The notes below the pieces were generated by a model that was given only the letters and a program-made list of their open reading frames with translations, was not told where the DNA came from and searched no databases. The position numbers were made by a program, and so were the translations under genes. A stretch of 64,000 bases of DNA from Lama guanicoe (lineage: Eukaryota): contig MU053557.1 in the NCBI GenBank assembly GCA_013239625.1, positions 5,343,842-5,407,841 on the forward strand, in the 5' to 3' direction. Within the stretch, counting starts at the first letter, position 1; each line of letters opens with the position of its first letter. Shown here piece by piece: positions 27,130-40,394 of the stretch.

Positions 27130-28450
27130 TGTTCTGTTTCCCCCTTAGCCATCTACTTATCTATCCACCCAGACTCCAACCACTTCCCACCATTACCACC
27201 CTAATCAAGCCACCGTCACCTCCAGCTCGGATGACTGCAGTGGCCTCCTTACTCGTCCCTCTGCTTCTACCCTGGTCTCCCTCTAAACAGTCCTCCTCAA
27301 AGCACCCGACAGCTGTGTTACATCTTGTTCCATCCATGTCAGATCATGTCACCCCCTCCTCAAACCCTCCGATGGCACTCTATCTCTGTCAAGAGGAAAA
27401 GCCCCGTTCCTGACCTTGGCCCGCAGGAGTCTTCCCCTTCCCCTCTCTGACCTCATCTTGTACCACTCTTCCTCTCCAGATCCACCCCAGCCACAGGGGC
27501 TGACTTGCTCCTTGCAAGTGGCGAACACAGTTCTGCCTGAAGAACTTCGCATGCCCTCTGCCTGGAGCTCTCTTCTCCAAGATGCTACATGGCTTTCTCC
27601 TTCACCAACTTCAAGTCTTTGCTCAAATGTCAGCTCTCTGGTAAGACCTTCCTTGATGACCACCCTAATTTTAAACTGAAAGCCCTATGAAAGTGATTTT
27701 TTAAAAATATTTTGCTTGTTGCTTACCTTCTCCAAACTAGAGTACAAACTTCACATGGGCAGGGATTTTTGTATCTGTTTCATTTGTAGCTGTAACCTCA
27801 GCATTTAGAAGTATCTGGCCAGTAGTGTGAAGGAAGACAAACATCTATTGAGTGACTACTGTTTGCCTGCACTAGGAAACAGCAGGACTGGAACCCGTAA
27901 CCGGGAGACAGTTCAGTGTTCTCTCCTCCCTTAGCCCTCAAAGCTCCTGGCATGGGTTGGGGCCCCCGGGAAAGCTTACACACTCCTGCAAACCTAGTGC
28001 ATTGCTTGTGCTATGAGGGTAGCAATTCTCATGCTCCCCCCTCCCTCTTCCCCTCAGTCTCCCATAACATTTATCACACAAGGTGTCGCCAGACTGTAAT
28101 GACTCCAAGCCTGTCCCCACTCTGAAGAAACTCCCCTCTACTTCTGGATTCTCAGCCCAGTGACTGGCACTGCCTCCCACCCAGTCACTCTAGCCAAAGA
28201 CCTGGAAGTCATCCTGGCTCCTTTCTCCTTCACCCCTGCATCCCCGCAGCCACCAATTTTCCATTATCCTCCTAAATCGTTTCGGGTAACAGACTCTTCT
28301 GGGCCCCCACCATGGTCCAGCACTCTTCACCATCTCTAGCCTGGACCACCACGTTAACTGCCCTGATGGGTCTCCAGCTGCTAGTCTCCCATCCTGTCCA
28401 CATGACGTTGGGCTGAGCCTTCTCAAATAACATCTCCTCACACACTCTTA
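27130..28450 (+). mobile_element. L2 remnants
   Basis: atccagactccaaccacttc-like start, gtcagatcatgtcacccc, ctttgctcaaatgtca, agacctggaagtcatcct. Confidence 0.55.
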
Positions 28451-28496
28451 GACACTAATTACTCTGCCAGGTCCTATTCTAAGCACTTCAAAAATA

Positions 28497-28498
<2 letters not shown>

Positions 28499-28544
<46 letters not shown>
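28499..28544. repeat. (TA)n microsatellite inside a MIR
   Basis: About 23 TA units with one CA interruption. Confidence 0.95.
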
Positions 28545-29464
28545 CACGCATACATATTTTCACTTAATTCTCACAAGAACCTCTCAGTTACTCTTAGTAT
28601 CCCCATTTTGCAGATGGGGAAACAGATTCCTCAACCTACGTAAGTCATTGGTGGAGCCAGGTTGGAATGTCATCCAGGACTGTGGCTCCTGGCCACCACA
28701 CAGTGGCCTTCTGTGCATTCTGATCTCATCATTCTCCTCTTGAAAACCTTCAATGACCTCCCAATGGATATGATGCAAACCACCTGCCCACCTTGCCATC
28801 GGACAGCACCTTCATCCCTGCTTCCCTGTGGCCATCCTCACACTGCTCCACATCTGGGCCGTTGTCAGCTTCTTTGATGTCTCAAATGTTCTTTGTTCTC
28901 TTTGCCTCTGAGCCTTGACTATGCTGTTCCCTCTGCCAGGAATGCTGTTCTCCTCGCTTTCCCACCCCTCTGCCTGGCTAACCCACCTCTATTCTTCTAG
29001 TCCTGGCTTAGAGACCACTTTGTCCAAGCCTGGATTGGGGGTCCCCCGTGGTGTTCCCAGGACAACCCATGATTCTCCTGTGGCCACAATGGGTGATCTG
29101 GTCACATATCCATGTGACCAGAGTATCCCAGGCATAAAGGAATGAATGAATGAGTGAACAGTGAAGCCCAGAAGGGAGCTACCAGACACCAATCCCCAAA
29201 GAGAACACAATGATGCTAGAATGAAATGCAGCCATGCAGCCATGCACTGTAGGAGCTTCAGGGCAGGAGAGGAGGATTCTGGGGGGAATCTGGGAAGGCT
29301 GCCAGAGATGTGGCTTCCCAGCCAGGCCCAGGTTAAGGGGATTCCTGTGAGCTATTCTAACAGTATCTCCCCCTTCTCCACTATCAGCTCCCTCCTTAAT
29401 CCCCTTGTACACCCTCCTCACCCCAGGATCCCTGTGAACCCTCCCCCACCACCCTGATGCTCAC

Positions 29465-29624
29465 CTACCACCCGGAAGACCATGGAGGTTGAGCGGACAC
29501 CCTGGGAATTGATGGCCACGCAGGTGTAGTTGCCAGCATCTTGGAAGCCTACGTGATCAAGGCCGAGGGTCAGGACTTTTTGGTACCGGTTCTCATGGAA
29601 GTCAGATTGTTGAGAGATGGCGAG
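29465..29624 (-). CDS. CSF1R: CSF1R exon 6 (Ig D3)
   Basis: 160 nt; [20 protein letters not shown]...DAGNYTCVA...FRVV. Confidence 0.94.
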
Positions 29625-30288
29625 CTGCAGCCAGAAGGAATGGAAATGGTATACTGAGGTTCAGATCTGGGTTCAGATTCTCAGCCTTTAAGGATTACTA
29701 TCTGCCTTTCCTTGGATGAGGGACTGAACTGAACCTCAGCTTCATCTGCCAAGTGGGGCTGACAGCAGCCCCATGCTCCTAGGGCTGTAATGAAGAGTGA
29801 GACACAGCCTGCAAATGGCAGAGGGCCAGGCTGGGCGCACAGTAGGCACAGTGCAGAGGGGCGGTGTTCTTAGAAGCAGCCTCATGTCATTTCCTCCTGA
29901 GAAAACTCCCTCTTCCTTCCTCACTCCAGAGTTTTTCTGAAATGACCTTTATATCCCTGGGCTTCAAGGGTGGCCGAGGAACCCCCTGCTAACTCAGAAG
30001 TGAGCTGACACGTGGCTCTCGTCTATGGCTGGGGCAAAGGTCATGGGTCAATGGGGTGGAATACTGTCCCCTCCCCACAAGATTCAGTGGCATGAGTCCG
30101 AGTCCTTTTTCTGAATCAGCTACTGACTGGCAGTGAGATACTGGGTGTGTCCACTCCTCACCCTGAGCCTTAGCTGTGCCTTCAGCCCAGAGAGCCAGCT
30201 TGAGGCGAGGCCAGGGGCTCTACCCTGCAGGGCCGGGCATGCGGGGGTGAGGGGCCGACTGCATCCTGCTGTCTCCCCAAGGACTGAC

Positions 30289-30425
30289 CTTGGTGTCTCC
30301 GCGCTGGAGGAAGACATCAAAGTTGACATCAACGTCACTGGCTGAGCACACGATCTGGGCAGCTTCTCCCTGAATCTGCACCAGCTCTGCAGGCTTCAGT
30401 GTCAAGGTCGGGGGCCCTGGGACGA
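30289..30425 (-). CDS. CSF1R: CSF1R exon 5 (Ig D3)
   Basis: 137 nt; [45 protein letters not shown]. Confidence 0.94.
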
Positions 30426-32043
30426 CTGAGATCAGGGGAAGACTGCCATGAACTCTCAGGCCAGAGCAGGCACTCTGCTTCCTGCCATGGCCCAGGCCCC
30501 CATCCCAAATCCTGGGAGGCAGCCCTGATGCCTCAATTTTCCCCACAACATGTCCTGTTTCCTCAAGAGAGCTTGAAAAGTTCTCTTCCCTCCGTCACCA
30601 CTGCCGCTGCCCTCTCCCCAGTCTCGCCATCACGCTATGCTCTGGACTCCCACAGCCACCGGGGAGGCCTCCCTGCTTCGTCCCTGGCTCCTCACAGCAG
30701 CCTAAGTGAGCTCTTTAGAATGAAAACTGGATCCTGCCCCTCTCCTGTGCCAGTACTCGAAGGCTTCCCATCACTCGCAGAATAGAAGCTGAAGTCTCTC
30801 CCCTCCCCAAGCCCTGTTCCCGACGCCTGCACACCTGCTAGCCTTGGCTCGCCACACCGCGGCCACCGCCTTTCCCACCCGGGCTTCGCACCTACCCTTC
30901 CCTCCGGGAAAGCTCCCTCCTGCACTTTGGTTGCCGTCAGATCTTTAGCTCAAATGTTCCTCAGAGGCCTCCTGGGACAGTTTAGCTGAATTTGTCCCAC
31001 CCCCCACCCCAGTTTCTCCAGCGTGGTTTCTTGTTCACAGTTGGTATTTACTTTCTCTCTAGTCCATCTTCCTGGTTAAACACTTAGCCCAGTGCCTGAC
31101 ACATAGTAGGCACTGAATTAATATTTGTGGCTGTGCTGTTGTTGAAAAATAATCTAATCCCATCTCTCAAGGTCCAGAGACACTAGGGAACTCACCCCTG
31201 GTCACTGAGAGGGTCACAGCAGAATTAAGGCCCAGGGCTGTTGGCTCCCAGCCAGCCCGGGGCTCCCTCTGCAAGATGAAGTGCAGGCAAAGAGCCCTCA
31301 TAACCTTCTCTGCACACAAAATAGGGGCCTGTGACTCTCCGCACAGGTTCCGTGGCCTCAGAGTGCAGGGCCTTGGGCCAGCCATGCCGCTCTGGCCCTG
31401 GCCTCATGACAGGCACCTGATTCCTGCCTGAAGCCCAGGTTCTGAGCCTGGGGCCCTGCTGACTCACACTAGCCCTTCCAGAAGCCAGAATCCCATCCAT
31501 CAGCCCAGCAGGGACAAGGGGGAGCATGAATGAGGCTTCACCACCAACGGCGCCCCCAAGTGAGAGTGTCCCATGCACCCACCACCCGCTGGCCTGTGCA
31601 CCAGGCGGGCGCTGAGTGGGAAATCCACATCTGAGGGTGTGGGAGAGCTTCAGGCCCTCCTTCTGTCCCTGAAACATTCAGTTCCCACCTCACAACTGTG
31701 TACCTGCTGTTCCCTCTGCTGAAGCAGATCTTGGCACAGCTACCTTCTTCTCATAATTCACATTTCTGCTCAAGAAAACTGTCACTCTCTCTGCAGGGCT
31801 CCCCCCACCCCAGTCTCTATTCCATCACCCATTTAATGATGTTCACAGCCTATCTGGTGATCTGAGATCACCTTGCCTACTGAGATACTGACTTGCATGT
31901 GGTCTGCCTCCCTGCACCCGACACCTTGATGTCTTGCCCCGTAGATGACTGTGGGGTAACTGGAAGGAAGAAGAGAAAGCAGGTGCCCCCGTTCCTTCCC
32001 GTCAGGCCAGGTGCCAGCTCTCCGTCCCTCCCCGCCCACGCAC

Positions 32044-32328
32044 CTCTCTGCACTTTAAGCCGGATGCCGATTGATGTCACTGTCCTGCCGCCTACCCGAG
32101 CGCTGCACTGGTAGTCCTGGCTTTCAATGAACTTGGCCTTGTGGATGGTGAAGCCATTCCAGGGCGAGAAGGAGTAGTTAGTTTGGCGCAAGACAGGCCG
32201 GCCACGCACCCGCACCAGTGAAACGCTCGCCTCCAGTTCCGGGTCAGTGAGCAGGCAGGGCAGCAGCGCATCCTGACCCTCCAACACCGTCACCTCCTGG
32301 GCCAGAATCTTCCAGGGCCGAACAGGGT
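32044..32328 (-). CDS. CSF1R: CSF1R exon 4 (Ig D2)
   Basis: 285 nt; [12 protein letters not shown]...LPCLLTDP...QDYQCSA...IRLKVQR. Confidence 0.95.
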
Positions 32329-32459
32329 CTGGGGTAGAAGGAGACAGGATTACTGCCCTCCCTTCACCAGGATAAGTGGTCTCTGGACAATGGTGATGAG
32401 GAGGCTCAGAAATACTGATCACTTGCTTGAAGTCACACAAAACCAAGGAAGCTCGGCTG

Positions 32460-32600
32460 ATGCTTGGGGCTCTGGACCCAGGTCCAGCCCCACTACTTGA
32501 TGCTGTGTGACCTTGGGCAAATGACTTAACCCTTCTGAGCCTCTGAAAAATGGGCATAATCACAGAATCACCTCACAGGGTTGTTGTGAAGACTGCCTCA
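32460..32600 (+). mobile_element. MIR SINE
   Basis: gctgtgtgaccttgggcaaatgacttaacccttctgagcct core. Confidence 0.65.
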
Positions 32601-32750
32601 GAAACACTGCCATAGGTCCTTGTTCGTGGCAGGCTCAGTAAACGTGGAGCTGGTATGTTATGACTGTTAAAATTACAGCCCAGCCCTCCAGCCCATTCCT
32701 GGTGGGCACTGCTTGGCTAGTCCTCCTGGGAGTGGCCTCAGAGTCCTTAC

Positions 32751-33008
32751 CTTTGACGTAGAGGTGGATGGTAGCACTGCCCCCCAGGGGGTCTCCAAGC
32801 TCAGTGCAGCGATACGTCCCCGTGTTTTGGAAGGTGGCATTGTTCGTGGTCAAGACACTGCTGGGGGCATCGGGGTCCAGGGTCCAGTAAGAAGAAATGG
32901 GGCCATCCCATTCCACACTGCCATTGCTCACACATCGCAGGGTCACAGTTGTGCCGGGCTCCACAACCAGCTCAGGGCCACTGGGTTCAATCACTGGGAC
33001 CCCCTGAC
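32751..33008 (-). CDS. CSF1R: CSF1R exon 3 (Ig D1)
   Basis: 258 nt; [25 protein letters not shown]...TGTYRCTE...IHLYVK. Confidence 0.95.
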
Positions 33009-33899
33009 CTGGTGATAGGTGGTGGCAAACAGAAGTGAGGCCTGAGGTCACAACCCCTGGTCCACACCCTGCCTCTGAGATGGGTGCTGCCCTAGCAGGG
33101 CTGGTTCTGGTTCTGGGGTCCAGCTGTGACTTGCAGGATCGCCTTGAACAAGCTGCTACCCTTCTCTGGTCATTTGATCAGCCCCCTACCCCAAACCTGC
33201 TGCTGATGCACTGATGGCTCTGATACTCACAGCAGTCCCCTTCTCTGCCAAGGGAGATTTCTTGGCCTTCCGCCTAGCCACCGTCCCATGGGGATCTCCC
33301 AGCCTCCAGCCTCCGTCTTCCCAGCTGCATCGATCCCCCCAGGAATGGACTCCCTTAGTCCTATGTATGAGTTGGGTGCAACCCTGATGCCAAGCCCAGG
33401 GCCTGCCTCAACACAGGAGCCTCAAGCAAGCAAAGGAAGCAACAGAACGTTCATGGCAAAGTCCTCCATGGGTGGAAGAAAATTCACATGGGGAGGAAGA
33501 AAAGGGGTGTAGGATCTTAGCCCAGCAGAGTTAGAAATGTTCAGGAGATTTCTGTGTGCCCACTCCCGTCACTGGACATCTGGTCTGTAGCATAGTGGGA
33601 TAGTTCAGAGGCTCTGTGCCTCAGTTTCCCCACTTATAAAATGGGCACCATAATTGCACCCATTTATTGGGATGTCAGGGGGTTTAAATGTATGGGAAGC
33701 CTTCAGAACATCACCTGTTCGCCTGTCACCAAACAAATGCTCAGTAAAGCCTAGCCTTTATGTTTATTATCTAGTTTACCCCCAGCAGCCCACCCTGATA
33801 CCCCAGCATGGCTGTGTTTAGTGGGGAGACGGTCTCTTTTAAGGAAAATTTTCTTGAAGGAGAAAAGAGAACTTGAAACTCATCCCAGGCCCTCCGGGA

Positions 33900-34200
33900 A
33901 GAAGGCCCACTGGCTCTGCAGCGTCAGCATTTCTCCAGGGCCTAAAATAGGGGCACAGGAGGGAAGTGAGAGCTGATTCAAGACCCTGGAGGGGCTGCCA
34001 GGCGCCCTCTGGCCTGCGCAGGCGGAAACACATTGCTGGCACCAGGCTCGGGTCCAGTTTCCGCTCAGCCTGCAGCCCTTCTCCCAGGGATGGTCTCACT
34101 TCTGCTTCCTGGCCACTGTCCCCTCTAGGGGAGAGACCCCTGCCCCAGGAGACGGAGTACCGCCTGCTGGACATCAGCACGTCCTGGCTTGTGGGACCTG
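33900..34200 (-). promoter_or_regulatory. FIRE (fms intronic regulatory element) enhancer, intron 2
   Basis: Recognisable blocks GGAAGCAGAAGTGAGA, GAGCGGAAAC, AATGTGTTTCCGCC, TGAATCA next to CACTTCCC (AP-1/PU.1); expected intron; boundaries approximate. Confidence 0.85.
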
Positions 34201-36212
34201 GCTCTGACACTGACCCACGAGGTACCTCTGGTTGAGTTCCAATGATGGGGACACAGACACCAGCCCTGAAGGCACCAGGTAAATTCATGGCTGCTCCAAT
34301 GTCCCGCACAAAAGCTCCTTAAATGAGTCTTTCCATCCCACCAACCTCTGCCATCATCATAGGCTCCAGAATTAGAAAGATCTGTCACGTGATTTCAGGG
34401 TGGCTTAATTTGTTTTGATTTTGTATCCATCTGAGGTGTGCAGCCTCTCCACCCGAGCTTCTGATCAGCATAAAGGATTGAATAAACTGGTGAATACAGC
34501 CTAGGCCAACACGGGGGGGGGCAGGGGGGAGTAGCCAGCCCTCCTGTGCTGTGTGACACCAGGGAGAGGCGCAAGCGGCATTTCTGACGGGCTCTTGGCA
34601 AATCCCAACAGAGCAGGTGCTGCAGCCATGCAGGTCCCCCGGCTGGGCTGTTACAGGGAAGAGCCGGGACTGTGGGGTCACACCGTCGAGGGTCTGAAAC
34701 TTGGTTCTCCGCTGCTAACTGGGTGGGTTGCTTAACCTCTGACCTTCAGGCTACTCTCCCTTCCAATGGGAATAATCTGAGTTCTCACCTCTGAGAAGTC
34801 TCAGGAGGATTCAATGAGGTGATACTCAACCACTAACTCAGTCAACTCTCCTGCCCTGGGTTACTGCTCCAACTGCTCCCTTCCTTCTGGTCCTAACACT
34901 CTGATAGCTGAAGTTTTTAACGTTTAAAGGTCACACAGTCTATGCTTTAACACCCCACGGTCTCGGATTCTGTGGCTCCGCGTACTGTTTCTGCTGCTGC
35001 CTGGTCTCACAAGCACCTTCTCCCTTCCCCTGCCCTGCCCTGTCCTCTGGCCCAGCCTTGGCCTCCTGGAAGTGTAGCCAGAGGCATCTGTCCTGTTTTG
35101 TATGTCCTTTTGTCTCAGATACTCACACAGGACAGGGCTGACACCCTCAACTTCGGCCCTAGTGCCCTGCTGCTGGCTTGGCTGGCAGAAGGGAAAGCCC
35201 GCTCAGGCCTGCCCTCCCTAGCCTGGTGCTGGACCCCTGCTGCCCCTCCACTCCACCACCTCGGCTGCCCCAACCTTCCCACCCGCTTTGACTTGCCTGG
35301 GAGACCCCTCCATCATCAGCTCTCAGGATGTGCTCCAACCTCCACTCCACTCACCCAGCACACACACACACACTGCACACCAAAACCTGGGGCAGTCCCC
35401 TCCCTCAGCCTAGGGTCTTAGCGAGCCTCTCCCGGTCTCTAGGGTGTTCTGACCCTGTCCCCTCTGCACTCCTCCTCACTCACCACTGGTCTACTGAGCT
35501 GAAAGCTTGTTTCCAGCCTACTGTCCCCATCTCTTCTTTCCTTTGGGGCTAGATGCTGGATAGCCACCCTCTCCTCCCAGCAGTGCTGCCCCGCAGGCAG
35601 GTTCTGGGCGTGAGGACAGGACGAGGCAGGGAAGTAAAACCCATGGAGCTTTTTAGGGTGAAGGGAATATTCTCTATCTAAATTGAGATGGTGTCAAACT
35701 CATCACTTGTCAAAACTCATCACTGGACACTTCAGAATGTGCTTTCTACTGTAGGTAAGTTACATCTCAGTAAAAAAGGAGACACACTCAGTGGGATTAA
35801 CTGGGCCAGAAAAAGATCTTCAGGGAGCCATCTCTTCATTTGGGACCAGATGCACCTACTCCCCAGGGTCCTGCAGCCTAGGACAGAGGGGAGGCCAGAG
35901 CAGAGGCTGCTGTCCCACTCCAACTCCAACCCCAGTCCCCACCCTTCTCCTCCAAACAAGCAATATAACGTGTGTTTGCTGGGCCAACTTGCACTACAAG
36001 CCAAGCACTCAGCCCCCCACCTCCCGTTAGACACCCTCTTAGAAGGAGATTCTGCATCACTGCCGCTGCCAGAGGGGCAGAGTTAGGGTGGGGTCTGCCC
36101 CACAGCTCTGTCCTGAGGCCCAGGAAACTGTGTTTAGGAAGGCTCTAGCCCCTGTCCTCCCCCAGGCAAGCCTCTACTCTGTACTCTCTCCTCCCAGATT
36201 TACTTCTCCTGA

Positions 36213-36363
36213 AGGTGCGGAGGGTACAGCTCAGTGGCAGAGCACATGCTTAGCATACATGGGGTCCTGGGCTCAATCCCCAGTACCTCCATTAAGAAAA
36301 ACAAATTAATAAAAATAAAATAAACCTAATTACCAAGTCCTTCAAAACTTTTTTTTTTTTTTA
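36213..36363 (+). mobile_element. tRNA-derived SINE, camelid Vic-1-like
   Basis: A box agctcagtggcagag, B box gggctcaatccc, aataaacctaattacc tail; 15-bp TSD at 36198-36212 and 36364-36378 (1 mismatch). Confidence 0.85.
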
Positions 36364-36539
36364 ATTTACCTCTCCTGAGCCCTGAGCCAGAGAGGCTAAA
36401 CTCTTACTTCTCCTTCTGAGCCCTTACCCAAGGCTTCCAAGGAAGGACCACTGTGTCTACAGACCTTTCCAAGTCAGATCCTTCCTAGGGAGTCACAGGC
36501 CAGCCGAGCCATCGGGGGTTCTCTGGGGGCCTCCCTACT

Positions 36540-36692
36540 CAGTGTAGATCTGGACCAGCAGCATTGGCATTTCCTAGAAGCTTGTTAGTAATGCAGAATC
36601 TCAGGCCACACCTGAGACCTACTGAGTCAGAATCTGCACAGATCCCCAGGGAATTTGCACACACAGTGAAGTCTGAAAAAGCATTTAGTTTA
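36540..36692. mobile_element. MER5A-like hAT DNA transposon fossil
   Basis: gaccagcagcattggcat...gcttgttagtaatgcagaatctcaggcc...cctactgagtcagaatctgca. Confidence 0.75.
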
Positions 36693-37028
36693 GTCCATCG
36701 CCATCCCCAACAACCTGCTATTGACCGAAGCCCTGAGATCATCAGAAACATGTTCAGCACACACGCAGAATCAACATTCGAGGTGGGACAGATCAGCAGC
36801 CCTGGCCAGGCCGGTTCCACCCCACTCACACCCTTTCTTTTTTTTTTACCCCCACTGCCTCTGCGAAGCAGACACCCACAATCCTGCAGTCCGAGGCTGG
36901 GGAGATGGAAGCGCAGACTGAGGACACCCAGTAAGGGGCAAAGGTTTACAGAGCCCTTCCACAGGGACCCTCTCCGTCACACCCCCACCACCCCCTGCCA
37001 CCCCCCAAAGCCCCAGCTCTGCTCTTAC

Positions 37029-37077
37029 CATGCCAGGTTGTGGCCACCAGCAGGATCAGCAGAGCCCCTGGGCCCAT
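37029..37077 (-). CDS. CSF1R: CSF1R exon 2 coding part (start codon, signal peptide)
   Basis: gccATGG Kozak context; MGPGALLILLVATTWH; G|gtaaga donor. Confidence 0.95.
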
Positions 37078-37330
37078 GGCCTCAGCAGGGAGGCGGCAGG
37101 TTGATGCAGGCTTGGGGGTAGGCAGGGAACTCGACTCCTGGCTACCAGCTCCGCAGGGACTAGCACCACTGGACACACGTTCCTCTCCACTGCACTGGCT
37201 GTTTTTCTTGTTTTCCTCTTCCTCCTTCTCCTTGGGCTGATCCCCCTCTTCCCCTTTTAGCTAGGCAAGGCAACCACAGAGTTTGGAAATCTTGGCTTAA
37301 AAAAAAAAAAAGACAACACATACACAAAGC
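37078..37330 (-). promoter_or_regulatory. CSF1R TATA-less purine-rich macrophage promoter / 5' UTR
   Basis: C/EBP-like ATTTCCAAA (37282-37290), RUNX1 TGTGGT (37273-37278), PU.1-type AAAAGGGGAA (37249-37258), several GGAA; acceptor ctag| at 37260. Confidence 0.85.
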
Positions 37331-37519
37331 CATGACCCCCAGGGGGAAGGGCTGGAGTCTGGGGCAGAACTGGCTAAGTATGGGGACTTTCTGAAGCCTC
37401 CACCAAGGGTCCCCTTGCCCAGGGTCAGACATTCTGTCAGTAGCACAAACAGGTGTCTTCAGAGGGGCCAGGTGGCTCTGGCTGAGCTGAAAGGGAAGTT
37501 GGGTTGGTTTGGGAGAGCC

Positions 37520-37770
37520 TGATAATAGCATCAAGACGCTTCCATTTACAAGACACTCAGAAACCAAGCCCTTTACATTCACTGTCTCTTTTGGTTTCCA
37601 CAAAAAAAGTTTTTATGGTAGGTACCATTGTCATTCCCATTTCACAGATGGGGAAACTGAGGTTCAGAGAGCTCAGATACTGTAAACTTGCCCACGGTTA
37701 CATGGCTACCAAATGGTTGAGCTGGAATGCGGATCCAGGTGGCCTGGATGTAGAACTGCCTTTCTGTGGA
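37520..37770 (-). mobile_element. MIR SINE just upstream of the CSF1R promoter
   Basis: cccatttcacagatggggaaactgaggttcagagag core. Confidence 0.65.
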
Positions 37771-38061
37771 TTAATTACATTTGTTTATTTTCAGAGCGAC
37801 TCTAGTTGTGCTACTATATTTCTTAAGAAAACTGGCATTTCTCTCTCCCCTCCTTTTCTAGAGGCAATTGCTTTCACCCCTTTCAGTTTATTCTTTTAGT
37901 GTTTTTCTTTGTATTTCTATTAACATGGTTGTCAGTTACTTCTTGAAACCAAAAAAATTCCAATAGAACATTGATCCAGAAAAATGATCATTCTTTCCAT
38001 CTGCTTAGATATATATTTTTTATAAACATTTTTTCAGGAAGTATTTTTAACCTTTAGTAAT

Positions 38062-40390
38062 CATAAATACCAACCAAAATTGACTCAAGAAACAAACTAA
38101 CTAGACCTATAACTAGCAAAGAGATTGAATCAATAATCAAAAGCTTCCCAAAAAAGAAAAGCCCAGGACCAAAGAGTTTCACTGGTGAATTCTCCCAGAT
38201 ATTTAAAGAATTAGCCCCAATCCTTCTCAAACTCATTCAAAAAATAGAAGATGAGGGAACATTTCTAAATTCATTCTATGAGGCCAGCATTATCTTGATA
38301 CCAACGGACAGACAAGAACATCACAAGAAAACTACAGACCAGTATCCTTTATGAACATAGACGCAAATGTATTCAATAAAATATTAGCAAACCCAACCCA
38401 ACAGTATATTAAAGTGATTATACACCATGACCAAGTGGGATTTACCCCAGAAATGCAAAGATGGTTCAACACATGAAAAATCAATCTAGTACACCACATC
38501 AGCAGAACAACAAAAATCCCACATGATCATCTTAATTGATGCAGAAAAAACCCTTTGACAAAGTCTAACATACTTTCATGATAAAACATGCAAAAGACTA
38601 GGAATAAGAAGGAACATTCTTGGGGGGAGGTTATAGCTCAAGTGGTAGAGCACATGCTTAGCATGCGTGCATGAGGTCCTGGATTCAATCCCCAGTACCT
38701 CTTTCTAAGAATAACTAAATAAATAAACCTACTTAAAAAAAAAAGGACATCTTCAACATGATCAAGGACATACATAAAAAAGCTCACAGCTAGCTCAATG
38801 ATAAAAGACTAAAAGCTTCCTCTTCCCACCTCCACCCTTAGATCAGTAATAAGGCAAGGATGCCTGCTCTCACCCATTATATTCAACATGGTACTGGAGG
38901 TTCTAGTCAGGGCAATCATGAAGAAAAAGAAATAAAAAGCATCCAAATTAAAAAGTCAAACTATTCTCTCTTCACAGATGACATAATCCTATATACAGAA
39001 AAATCCTAAAGAATCTATAAAACAAAACAAAAAAACCAATTAAAACCCCCAAATCTATTAGAGCTAATAAATGTATCCAGCAAAGGTACAGGATGTAAGA
39101 TCAACACACAAAGCTCAAGCTTATTTCTATACACTAGCAGTGAACAAGGAAATTAAAAAAACAAGGAAAAAGGAAATTAAAAAAATAATTTTATTTGCAA
39201 TGGCATCAAAATGAATCCAAGACATATACACTGAAAACCACAGCACATCGCTGAAAGAAATTAAGAAGACTCAACAAGTGGAAAGACATTTCTTTTCATA
39301 GATTGGAAGATTTATTATAAAAAAGGCAAAACTCCCCAAAGTGATCTATAGATTTAATACAGTACCTATCAAAACCCCAATAGCCTTCACTGCGGAAATG
39401 GAAAAGCTGATTCTCAAGATCATATGGAATTTCAAGAGATGCCCAATAACCAAATCAATCCTGAAAAAGAGCAAAATCGGGGTTACACTTCCTAATTTCA
39501 AAACTTACTACAAAGCTACAGAAATCGACCACAGCATGGTGTTGGCGTAAGCACAGATACATACATCAACAGAATAAACTTGAGACTGCAGAAATAAACC
39601 TTCATATCTAAGGTCAATTGACTTTCAACAAGGGAGTCAAAGCCATTCAATGGGGAAAAAGCAGTCTTTTCGACAACTGGTGTTAAGAGAACTGGATACC
39701 CGCATACAGAAGAATGAAGTTGGACCCTTACTTCACACCATACAAAAATTAAGTCAAAATGGATCAAAGATCTAAATATCAAGGCTAAAACTATAAGATG
39801 CATAGAAGAAAGCATAGGGGTAAATATTCATGACCACAACTTGGAAATGGTCTCATAGCTGTGTCACCGAAAGCACGAGCAACCAAAGGGAAAAAAAAGT
39901 AAATTGGACTTTATCAAAATTAAACATTTTGGTGCAAAGAACACTATCAAGAGAATAAAGACAGCACACAGAATGCAAGAAAATATTTGCAAACCATATA
40001 TACGAGAGTTAAGTATCTAGACTATATATACACATATCCTATAATTCAACAGAGACAAATACTCAATTTAAGAGTGAGTAAAAAAATGGAATAGGTATTT
40101 CTCCAAAAGAGACATACAAATGATCAACAAGCACATGAAAAGATGCTCAACATCATTAGTCATCAGGCAAAGGCGAATCAAAACTACAATGAGATACTGC
40201 CTCACACCAACTAGGTTAGCCATAATAAATAACCCAGAAAATACTAAGTGTCAGCAATGATGTGGAAAAATTGGAACCCTTGTACATTGCTGGTGAGAAG
40301 GTAAAATGATGCCGCTGCTGTGGTAATCAGTTTGATAGTTCTTCAAAAAGTTAAACACAGAATTACCCCGTGACCCAGTAATTCTCCTCC
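38062..40390 (+). mobile_element. Decayed LINE-1 ORF2 fragment (RT to C-terminal region)
   Basis: Typical L1 motifs aaagcccaggacca...ttcactggtgaattct, catgaccaagtgggattta, ttcacagatgaca; ORF remnant [13 protein letters not shown]; many stops. Confidence 0.9.
38622..38744 (+). mobile_element. tRNA-derived SINE, Vic-1-like, nested in L1
   Basis: ggggggaggttatagctcaagtggtagagcacatgcttagcatg...ggattcaatccccagtacctc, A-rich tail, degenerate TSD aaggaacattctt/aaggacatctt. Confidence 0.85.
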
Positions 40391-40394
40391 ACCA

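Noticed and set aside
36213..38744. Two tRNA-like sequences as tRNA genes
   Set aside because: They have shared A-rich tails and target-site duplications, so they are SINE heads.
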